DNA of 33,695 nucleotides from an uncultured Methanosarcinales archaeon (GTDB lineage Archaea; Nanobdellota; Nanobdellia; Woesearchaeales; JAGLXL01): NCBI GenBank assembly GCA_964372795.1, contig CAYJSO010000001.1, positions 2,993 to 36,687 of the forward strand, read 5' to 3'. Shown piece by piece: positions 17,626 to 25,402 of this stretch (position 1 is its first letter; each line of letters starts with the position of its first letter). The notes under the pieces were generated by a model. It saw only the letters and a program-made list of their open reading frames with translations, ran no database searches and was not told where the DNA came from. The position numbers and the translations under genes were made by a program.

Positions 17626-18120
17626 ATGCCGACAAAACAAACAACAATAGAAAAATATCCAATAGAGAAAAGATTTATCCCGAGAAGCGTAATAAGTGCA
17701 TACATTGGCTCGCTGATATCGGCAGCAATACTGTTAGTGCCTGCGCACATATTCCTATTCGAAAAGCTTAAGGCATTAATAATAGCGGCCGATTCTTTAG
17801 TTGTGTTATGGCTTATATTCCTGCCTTTTTACCATTATATTTACTATAAAACCTTTTTTTACGACATAACAAAAGAGTTTATATCAATAAGATACGGGGT
17901 AGTTGGGAGGCATGAAGTGATAATAAACTTCAAAAAAATAAATGATGTTTACCTAACTCAGGGATGGATTGATAGGATATTTGGTTTATGGAATATTTCA
18001 ATGGCAACTGCAGTAGACGAAGGCACAGCAGGAGCACATGTAGAAGGCTTGAATGAGAAAAACGCTAAAGCTGTGAGAGATTTAATTCTTTCAAAGATAA
18101 AGAAGAAAGGAAGTAGATAA
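17626..18120 (+). CDS. YdbS-like membrane protein with one bPH_2 (bacterial PH) domain
   Basis: A two-TM hairpin followed by ITKEFISIRYGVVGRHEVIINFKKINDVYLTQGWIDRIFGLWNISMATA, the bPH_2 pattern. Confidence 0.8.
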   Translation: MPTKQTTIEKYPIEKRFIPRSVISAYIGSLISAAILLVPAHIFLFEKLKALIIAADSLVVLWLIFLPFYHYIYYKTFFYDITKEFISIRYGVVGRHEVIINFKKINDVYLTQGWIDRIFGLWNISMATAVDEGTAGAHVEGLNEKNAKAVRDLILSKIKKKGSR

Positions 18121-19773
18121 ATGTCTAGCAAAAATCTTATTGGAAAAATATACAAGCCTGATTTGCTTGGATGGATCATAAGAGATTTTTATGCTTACGG
18201 TTTATTTTTTGGGATATTTGCTGTTTGGCTCATATTTGTTAATCCGCTCTGGGCAATAATATTAACTTTAATAGCAGTTGTTTTGCTTGCTTTTGATTTA
18301 ATTGGATACTTCTTCACAAGCTACCAGCTTACAAAAGAAGGTTTGCTTTTTAAGAGAGGGTACGTATCAAGAACGCAACAACTGATCGTGTATTCAAAGA
18401 TACAGAATGTAGATGAAACGCAGACTTTTCTCTGGAGAATTTTAAAGCTTGCTGATTTGGGAATGTCAACAATGGCTGCCGAAGGCGGCATCTTGTTAGG
18501 GCCACTGAAAGAAAGCGAAGCGCATGAGATAAAAGAGTTTATTCTGTCTAAGAAAGGAAAAGTTAGTAGTGCAAAGAAAGAGCCTCTTTTGAGTGTTGAT
18601 ACAGACAAAAAATCAATGCCGTATCCGATAAATCCTTTAAGAAAGGCTATTCTCCAGACAGTCATTATTGCATTTCTAATTCTAGTGGTTGTCCCGGCGA
18701 TAGTCGCATTATTTGCCTATACATCTTCTGGAGGAGCATATATTAAGGCATTCAATGAAACTTTCTCTTCGTTTTTAGGGGCAATTTTAGTAGGAGCGTA
18801 TCTTGGAATAGGATATATCTACATTTACCTCGTTGTTTTAATAAGCTTTTTTGGTTCCGCAGTAATAAAAAAAATAGCATTCAGCTATGCGATTGAAAAA
18901 GATAGAATAAGATTACAGTATAAATTTCTAAGCAGACAGACAATAAACTTGCAGTTCGCTAAGATACGCAATTTGATTATAAAGGAAAGATTGGAGCAGA
19001 GGATACTTAGATTAGCTACACTATTTACCGAAACAGGCGGTGAAGTTGATTACGGCGAAGAGGAAGGCAAACACGCAGCAAAGTTAGGAAACTGGATTCC
19101 TGACCTTAAGAAAGCTGATGCATTTGCTCTGCATGATATATTCTTAAAAGCAATTGGAATAAAAAATACAAAAGTAACTTACTTAAGGCAGAGGTATCCC
19201 CTGCAGCAGATAAAGCCGCTTAAGAAAACTGTTAGAATGCTGTTTTATTTCATAGTTTGTTTGCTGCCAATCGCATTAATTGTTGGAATTTTCTCTAAAT
19301 CTCAGTTTTGGTTTATATTAAAATTATTTTCTGACATAACTCTTGCAGCCCTTATTATAAAACTCTTTTATGAGGTTCTGTACTTTAGAAACTACTATTA
19401 TGCTGAAAACGAAGAATTCATCACGCTTAGAAAAGGTGCGCTTTCAAGGCAAATGCTGACAATGCCTTACAAAAAGGTACAGCACGTTATAGTTGATCAA
19501 GACGCATTCGACAGGATTTTTGGATTGTATGACGTGCATATGTCTTCTGCAGGTTCTTCAAAAATGGTGTTGCATATAGACGGATTGAACAAAGAAGATG
19601 CAGAAGCTTTGAAAAAAATATTCATGTCCAGAGTTGGGCTGCATAAAGGGACTGTAAAGTACAATGCCGTTGTCAACAAAGAGCCAGCCAGATTCTCAGC
19701 TAAAAGCAAGATTGGTTATGGAAGTTTGATTGCTGTATCTATTTTAATTATTCTGATTACTATTTTCTATTAA
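18121..19773 (+). CDS. YdbT-like membrane protein with three bPH_2 domains
   Basis: Its ATG immediately follows the TAA of the previous gene. It has three TM-hairpin plus bPH_2 repeats (LTKEGLLFKRGYVSRTQQLIVYSKIQNV...; IEKDRIRLQYKFLSRQTINLQFAKIRNL...; ENEEFITLRKGALSRQMLTMPYKKVQHV...) and an extra C-terminal TM. Confidence 0.8.
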   Translation: MSSKNLIGKIYKPDLLGWIIRDFYAYGLFFGIFAVWLIFVNPLWAIILTLIAVVLLAFDLIGYFFTSYQLTKEGLLFKRGYVSRTQQLIVYSKIQNVDETQTFLWRILKLADLGMSTMAAEGGILLGPLKESEAHEIKEFILSKKGKVSSAKKEPLLSVDTDKKSMPYPINPLRKAILQTVIIAFLILVVVPAIVALFAYTSSGGAYIKAFNETFSSFLGAILVGAYLGIGYIYIYLVVLISFFGSAVIKKIAFSYAIEKDRIRLQYKFLSRQTINLQFAKIRNLIIKERLEQRILRLATLFTETGGEVDYGEEEGKHAAKLGNWIPDLKKADAFALHDIFLKAIGIKNTKVTYLRQRYPLQQIKPLKKTVRMLFYFIVCLLPIALIVGIFSKSQFWFILKLFSDITLAALIIKLFYEVLYFRNYYYAENEEFITLRKGALSRQMLTMPYKKVQHVIVDQDAFDRIFGLYDVHMSSAGSSKMVLHIDGLNKEDAEALKKIFMSRVGLHKGTVKYNAVVNKEPARFSAKSKIGYGSLIAVSILIILITIFY

Positions 19774-20296
19774 TCTCCTTCTTAAACTCAGCCGGCACTC
19801 CAGCATACAGCGAATAGGCTTTAACATCTTGCGTAACCACTGAGCCAGCTGCAACCACACTCATCTCTCCTACTGTAACTCCCGGCAATATCGTAACATT
19901 AGCTCCAATCCAAGCTCCTTTTTTAATTACAACTGGCTTCCTTACTTCAGAATAATACTCCAACATAGGACTATATCTTCCGGGCGACTGATGAGTTAAA
20001 ACAGTTACCCTGGGCGACAACACAACATCATCTTCCAAAACAACCTTATCATTTAAATCAATTAAACAATCCCTTCCAATATGAACCCTTTTGCCAGTAA
20101 CTAAATTATAAAAGCCGCTAAATTCCATTCCAAAAAAGAAAGTGTCATAAATAAGAGAAGACAGCTTGACTCTAGCCCCAAACAGCGCAAGAAAAAAAGT
20201 TCTCAGCTGAGGATAAGGCAAAATCCTTAAAAACAATGCCAATGGCTCGTAAAAGAAGAATTTCACATACACTCTTAAAGGTCGTTTTATTGTCAT
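19760..20296 (-). CDS. hexapeptide-repeat (LbH) acetyltransferase, WcaF/WbbJ-like
   Basis: GAWIGANVTILPGVTVGEMSVVAAGSVVTQDV hexapeptide repeats. Its 3' end overlaps the convergent ydbT-like gene by 14 nt. Confidence 0.8.
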   Translation of the reverse strand: MTIKRPLRVYVKFFFYEPLALFLRILPYPQLRTFFLALFGARVKLSSLIYDTFFFGMEFSGFYNLVTGKRVHIGRDCLIDLNDKVVLEDDVVLSPRVTVLTHQSPGRYSPMLEYYSEVRKPVVIKKGAWIGANVTILPGVTVGEMSVVAAGSVVTQDVKAYSLYAGVPAEFKKEINRK

Positions 20297-20423
20297 TTTG
20301 TTTTTTATTTTTATAAAATTTCAAATTTTTTATTTAAATTTATTTTAACTTTTTATTATATTTTAAATCTTTGATGTTATATTTTTTAATTTTAATAACT
20401 TAACTTTTTATTTTAAATTTTTA

Positions 20424-21203
20424 TTACCCCTCTGTTTGCATCTGTTCTTTATTCACAACAAACTGCTTTAAATTAATTATCTTCCACTTTGTAAGCTTAT
20501 ACTGCAGCACTTTATAAAATAATGTTAACCCATATTTAATTGCTTTCTTAAGCCCTATCGAAGAGCTGTCTTCCTCATACCTTGTTGGAATTGCAACCTC
20601 AACTTGCCTAAATCCATGCGCCGCGCATTGAATAGCTGCTTCCTCATCAAAACAAAAACCATCATGATTCAGCATAAACGGAATTGTCTCAAGCACCTTC
20701 CTGCTGTAAGCGATGTACCCGGTAGCACCATCTGTCATCTCAGTTCCGACTACAATATTAAAATAAGCAGTCAAAAAGAAATTCCCTAATCTCTTCCAAA
20801 GCGGCATTCCTCCTTTCTTAGCCATCCCCCTTACAAGCATCCTTGAGCCATAAACAACATCTGCTCTCCCATCAAGCAGCGGCTTAGTTATCTCTGGCAG
20901 CATCTTAGGATCATACTGGTAATCCGGATGCACCATCGCAACTACATCAGCCTTCATCTTAAGCGCCTCAGTATAGCAAGTTTTTTGATTAGCTCCATAG
21001 CCTTTATTCTTCTCATGCTGAATTACCTTTAACCCAAGCTTCTTAGCAACCTCAACAGTTTTATCTTTGCTAAAATCATCTACTACAAGAACATCATCAT
21101 AGCTTCCCGGAGGCAATTCTCTATAAGTCTTTTCCAGCGTCTTCTCAGCATTATACGCAGGCATTACTACAATTACTTTCTTATCTCTAAGTTTTTGTTC
21201 CAT
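20424..21203 (-). CDS. GT2 glycosyltransferase (soluble, DPM1-like catalytic domain)
   Basis: VIVVMPAYNAEKTLEKT, LVVDDFSKDKT, NKGYGANQKT and VHPDYQYDP. Confidence 0.85.
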   Translation of the reverse strand: MEQKLRDKKVIVVMPAYNAEKTLEKTYRELPPGSYDDVLVVDDFSKDKTVEVAKKLGLKVIQHEKNKGYGANQKTCYTEALKMKADVVAMVHPDYQYDPKMLPEITKPLLDGRADVVYGSRMLVRGMAKKGGMPLWKRLGNFFLTAYFNIVVGTEMTDGATGYIAYSRKVLETIPFMLNHDGFCFDEEAAIQCAAHGFRQVEVAIPTRYEEDSSSIGLKKAIKYGLTLFYKVLQYKLTKWKIINLKQFVVNKEQMQTEG

Positions 21204-21223
21204 ACCACACCCATTCTCTTTTA

Positions 21224-22267
21224 TTAAGAACTATTTAAAAAGCTTTGCTCCAATCCAGCAGCTAACAGCTTTCCAATCAATTCCTGCCCTCCCCTGCTAA
21301 CATGATCATCAGTTTTAAAATATAAATCCTCATCAGCATGCTCCTTAAACCCGCCCAATAAATCGACATAATCAATCTGCTGCCTCTCAAAAAACTTGTC
21401 TAAAACTGCCTGCGCCCTTGCATTCGTCAAAAACTCGTCTTTAACAACAAATCCAGTTTCTTCAAAAAACATATGATACTTTTTGCTGACCTGCAAACTA
21501 GAAGGAATTATAACAAACACAACTTTCTTGCCTTTACTTTCAGCAAAATCATTTATCTCCAATAAAACTTTCAACGTTTCAGCAAGCGATTCCTTTATCT
21601 CATCACTTTCAAGCAGCAAACTGTCGACATAAAACTGCGGCGCCCTTTTAGCATTAAATATTAATATGTTGGAAATCTTATTTTCCTTTCCCCTCTGCGA
21701 AAGTTCAGTTAAAAAATTAAATGTCATCGTAACAATTCTGGATTTCTTAAGCAAAGATATCAGCCCTTCATTTATGTACGGATCTTTCGTATCAACAACA
21801 TCATTCCCAACATAGAATGCAATCATTAGCATATCATAATCATAAATATTCGAATAATGCTCAACCAAATCCAAGTACTCATTAGGCCCTGTTCCTGACT
21901 TCCCAGCATTCAGCACTTCAAACTCTACTCTTTTACTGCTATTTTCATTTAACTCCTTCTCAAAAACCTTAACAAACGTTTCGTTATTCTGCATCCCAAC
22001 TCCAAAAACAAAAGAATCTCCAACAACCATTATCCTATAAACATCTTCAGGTACATCAAAGCTGTAATCTCTGTCCCTCAACCCAAAAGAATTTGTCGTT
22101 GCAATCATATCATACTCAGCATGCGTCAAATGAATGGTCGCATTCGCTGGATTCACGCTTCTAACCGGATAAAAATAATGCAAAACCAGCTCAATAACAA
22201 AAAAGCCAATAATAAAAACTGTCGCAAACACCGCCAAATTCTTAAAAAGCCCTTTCCAGTCAACCAT
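21224..22267 (-). CDS. membrane-anchored SGNH/GDSL-fold protein (AlgX/DltD-like esterase or O-acyltransferase)
   Basis: N-terminal TM (LAVFATVFIIGFFVIELVL), block I VVGDSFVFG, block III YVGNDV and block V DDHVSRGG. Confidence 0.7.
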   Translation of the reverse strand: MVDWKGLFKNLAVFATVFIIGFFVIELVLHYFYPVRSVNPANATIHLTHAEYDMIATTNSFGLRDRDYSFDVPEDVYRIMVVGDSFVFGVGMQNNETFVKVFEKELNENSSKRVEFEVLNAGKSGTGPNEYLDLVEHYSNIYDYDMLMIAFYVGNDVVDTKDPYINEGLISLLKKSRIVTMTFNFLTELSQRGKENKISNILIFNAKRAPQFYVDSLLLESDEIKESLAETLKVLLEINDFAESKGKKVVFVIIPSSLQVSKKYHMFFEETGFVVKDEFLTNARAQAVLDKFFERQQIDYVDLLGGFKEHADEDLYFKTDDHVSRGGQELIGKLLAAGLEQSFLNSS

Positions 22268-22287
22268 TCAAAATTACCAGTCAAAGC

Positions 22288-22298
22288 AATATTTAAGC
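22288..22298 (-). promoter_or_regulatory. candidate TATA box for the minus-strand SGNH/GT2 unit
   Basis: gcttaaatatt on the minus strand, centred ~26 nt upstream of ATG 22267. Confidence 0.4.
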
Positions 22299-22308
22299 TT
22301 TACACAAC

Positions 22309-22318
22309 GTTTAAATAC
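22309..22318 (+). promoter_or_regulatory. candidate TATA box for the GT-C gene
   Basis: gtttaaatac centred ~27 nt upstream of ATG 22341. It is back-to-back with the divergent box at 22288-22298. Confidence 0.4.
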
Positions 22319-22340
22319 AGCCTAATCAAGCAAAAAGCTG

Positions 22341-23807
22341 ATGATTAAGCTCAAGCTAAAGAACTGGGAATACTGTCTCCTTATTTTACTCCTAATCACA
22401 GCCTTCTCTATGCGCTTTCACTCACTAGGGGCAGAAAGCATCTGGCTTGATGAAGCTTACGCTTTACGCGATGCACAACAGGATTCACTTAACAAAGTAA
22501 TAGTCTCAGCAGAAGAACACGTTGGCACTCCTCCCGCTTACTCCATTTTGCTACATTACTGGACAAAGTATTTTGGTGACTCAGAATTTGCCCTCAGATT
22601 GCCATCAGCCATACTTAGCGCTTTATCTATAATTCTAATTTTTCTAATAGCAAAAGAACTCTTCAACAAAAACATAGCAATAATCAGCTCAATAGTAATG
22701 ACATTATCAATGACACACTTAGTTTACGCGCAGGAAGCACGAGCTTACGCTTTATTCACTTTCTTCACCTTACTTTCAACACTATTTTACATTAAATTCC
22801 TAAAAAACAGAACAAAAACAAACGCAACCCTTTACTCAATCTTTACAGTTTCAATCATCTACACACAATACTTAGGCTTCACAATTCCTTTCCTGCAGAA
22901 CGTAATTTACTTTTTAATTTATTATAAATATAAGAAATCAAAATCATTTCCAAAAATCAAAGAATGGCTCTACACACAGCTTGCAATTATAATTTTATAT
23001 ACACCAAATCTACCAGTTTTAATCAATCAGATACAAAATCTGCAAAGAGTTTTGCCTTCCCATTTATCTGGACTGGGCATTCCATCAGCAATCTCTCAGC
23101 TGGGAATATTTTTATTTGCAATCCCGCTTATTATAACTCTCACAATAGCCTTAATTTTAATTTATCTGAGAAAAAGTTATAATAAAAAATATGATAGTTT
23201 AATTTCAAAATCAAAAAAACTAATTAAAAACCAATATTTAGTATTTGCCTTAATCGCAACAATCCTAACCCTATACTCTGCATTCTCCCCAAAACTCACA
23301 ACCTCTACTTTTATAACAAGATACACACATTTCCTATTCCCATTTGCTTACATCTTGCTGGTTAAAGCATTTACAGAAATAAAAAGAAAACACTTGCAGA
23401 CAATTCTGGCAGTTTTATTCATCGCAGCAACAATATTCGCACTATTCAGCTTTTACTCCCAATCCCCAAGAAAAGAACAATGGCGTGAAGCTGCAGATTT
23501 CATCCAGCAAAACACGCAACAAGACGGCGAATTAATTCTACTGGCAGACAAAGACGTAATAATTCCATTTGAATACTACTTCAAAGGCAATATTAAAACA
23601 ATCGGCTTAAAAACATTCACGGACAAAAAGCTAAACGAGCAGATCCTAAACGAAATAAAACCTTCGTTAAAAGAGTACAGCGGCTACTGGCTGATTCTAT
23701 CGCATTCTAAAAGAGAGCAAGGCGTTTACAAAAACTATTTTGACAAAAACTTTAATTTAGTTGAAGAAAAGCACTTCAAAAACATAAATATCTACCATTA
23801 CAATTAA
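22341..23807 (+). CDS. GT-C fold glycosyltransferase, ArnT/PMT_2 (GT39/GT83-like)
   Basis: Multi-TM 488-aa protein. The first loop has WLDEAYALRDA (the acidic DE motif), and FGDSEFALRLPSAILSALSIILIFLIAKELF is typical of PMT_2. A C-terminal soluble domain is present. Confidence 0.8.
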   Translation: MIKLKLKNWEYCLLILLLITAFSMRFHSLGAESIWLDEAYALRDAQQDSLNKVIVSAEEHVGTPPAYSILLHYWTKYFGDSEFALRLPSAILSALSIILIFLIAKELFNKNIAIISSIVMTLSMTHLVYAQEARAYALFTFFTLLSTLFYIKFLKNRTKTNATLYSIFTVSIIYTQYLGFTIPFLQNVIYFLIYYKYKKSKSFPKIKEWLYTQLAIIILYTPNLPVLINQIQNLQRVLPSHLSGLGIPSAISQLGIFLFAIPLIITLTIALILIYLRKSYNKKYDSLISKSKKLIKNQYLVFALIATILTLYSAFSPKLTTSTFITRYTHFLFPFAYILLVKAFTEIKRKHLQTILAVLFIAATIFALFSFYSQSPRKEQWREAADFIQQNTQQDGELILLADKDVIIPFEYYFKGNIKTIGLKTFTDKKLNEQILNEIKPSLKEYSGYWLILSHSKREQGVYKNYFDKNFNLVEEKHFKNINIYHYN

Positions 23808-23833
23808 ATACCTAAAACAAATTTATACAAAAA

Positions 23834-24088
23834 ATGGCATCTTTAGAGATATTCGGATATCTAGCAGGATTTATAGTAGCTTTATCATTAACCCCGCAGG
23901 TCATTAAATCCTGGAAAACGCGCTCAACAAAAGACATCTCGCTCTTATGGACTCCAATATACGTACTCGGCCTTTCGCTTTGGTATCCTTACGCTTTCAG
24001 CATAACCAGCTGGCCTCTAATAGTAACTGTAACAATAGAAATTGGGTTGGCTATAACGTTATTAACTTTAAAAATAAGATATGGATAA
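23834..24088 (+). CDS. SemiSWEET / PQ-loop 3-TM protein
   Basis: 84 aa with three TM helices. FGYLAGFIVALSLTPQVIKSWKTRSTKDIS...LGLSLWYPYA carries the PQ-loop signature. It lies 26 nt downstream of the GT-C gene with no room for its own promoter. Confidence 0.85.
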   Translation: MASLEIFGYLAGFIVALSLTPQVIKSWKTRSTKDISLLWTPIYVLGLSLWYPYAFSITSWPLIVTVTIEIGLAITLLTLKIRYG

Positions 24089-24123
24089 TAACATAGATAA
24101 TAAAAATATATAATAAAATTTCT

Positions 24124-24303
24124 CTAAAACAGCACATAAATAAACGGACTCAAACTAGAACTCTGCCCAACAACCAACAAAACGCCGACCAAAACTAACA
24201 ATATCACAATCGGCAAAAGCCACCATTTCTTCCTCTCTCTCATGAAACTCCACAAGCTGCTAAGTAATCCTTGATTTCTAGGCTGAACGCTTTGCTCTTC
24301 CAT
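24124..24303 (-). CDS. SxtK/DUF5989-like small membrane protein (59 aa; not in the supplied ORF track)
   Basis: Hand translation of the minus strand gives MEEQSVQPRNQGLLSSLWSFMRERKKWWLLPIVILLVLVGVLLVVGQSSSLSPFIYVLF*. The ATG lies 4 nt after the stop of the upstream SGNH gene. The RKKWWLLPI...PFIY.LF pattern matches my recollection of DUF5989. Confidence 0.75.
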   Translation of the reverse strand: MEEQSVQPRNQGLLSSLWSFMRERKKWWLLPIVILLVLVGVLLVVGQSSSLSPFIYVLF

Positions 24304-24307
24304 GCTC

Positions 24308-25402
24308 TCACTTCAAAATTGATTCATTTATTAACTTTTCGTATATTAGCTCAGCAGCCAACCTATTGCCATTAGCATTCCAATGCGGATCAATGTCAAA
24401 ATAAAGTTTCTCTTCGCTTTCTTTAAAGGGATCCAACAAATCCAAAACTAAAATACTATTCTCCTCAGCAAACTCAACAATTGCCTTATTCTGCTTACCG
24501 CTTCCGTCGCTATAAACCTGCACTTTTGTCGGAATTATAACAACCAGTAACTTTGCTTTATTCTTCTTGCTTAGCTCATTCATTTCTTTTATTAATTGCA
24601 ACGTCAAACTTATTTTTTCATCAAAATTCTCCTCTATTCTTTCTTGTTTACTTAACTCCAATTTAACCGACAAATTCCTTAAAAAACCAACAGCTAATAA
24701 CCTATTTCTAAAAAATGCATAACTTAGCAAATTATTGCTCAAAACCCTGTCAACTTTCCTATACCAAGCTTCATTTTCATAAACCCTTTTCTCCCAATCT
24801 TCTTTCAAAGGCGCAGGAACACCCTCAAGCTTCAGCTTTCCATCACTAAAAACAAATTGAGGCTTAGGATATCCATATCTGACATTATTTGCATTATCCT
24901 CTAAATCAGAGCCAGTATGATAACCGATAATAACAACATCCGGATTATATCTCAATCCCTCCAACTTAAGTGTCAAATACTCCTGATCGGTTCCATACCC
25001 CGCTACACCCATATTTACAACCTCCCCATTGCTCAAATTCTCCAAAACTTCCGTGTACCTAAAGCTGTCATTTATCCCAAAACCCCAGGTATGCGAATCA
25101 CCAAGCACAACAATCCTTTTAGCTTTCCCTTTCTTATAACCATAATCAAAATCCCTTATGCCTTTAGAATTAATCTCAACATAATTGCTCGCATCAGCCA
25201 TATTAAATACACCAGCTGCATTTGCTTTATTCTTCCACCCAAGTGTTTCATTATATTCATAAAAAATAAATTCATTCGTTCTCTGCCCGACTCCAAAATC
25301 AAAAACTCTTAAAACAATTTCAAAACCAATAAAAAATATTAAAACAGCTCCAAAAAACAGCAAAATTCCATAAAACAGCTCAGTCCTTTGCATATTTCTC
25401 AC
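24308..25402 (-). CDS. membrane-anchored SGNH-fold protein (AlgX/AlgJ/DltD-like), paralogous in layout to 21224..22267
   Basis: N-terminal TM, block I VVLGDSHTWGFG, GSDLEDN and block V DIDPHWNANGN (DxHW). The track start is GTG 25402, with ATG 25393 as an alternative. Either start overlaps the carbamoyltransferase 3' end. Confidence 0.7.
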   Translation of the reverse strand: MRNMQRTELFYGILLFFGAVLIFFIGFEIVLRVFDFGVGQRTNEFIFYEYNETLGWKNKANAAGVFNMADASNYVEINSKGIRDFDYGYKKGKAKRIVVLGDSHTWGFGINDSFRYTEVLENLSNGEVVNMGVAGYGTDQEYLTLKLEGLRYNPDVVIIGYHTGSDLEDNANNVRYGYPKPQFVFSDGKLKLEGVPAPLKEDWEKRVYENEAWYRKVDRVLSNNLLSYAFFRNRLLAVGFLRNLSVKLELSKQERIEENFDEKISLTLQLIKEMNELSKKNKAKLLVVIIPTKVQVYSDGSGKQNKAIVEFAEENSILVLDLLDPFKESEEKLYFDIDPHWNANGNRLAAELIYEKLINESILK

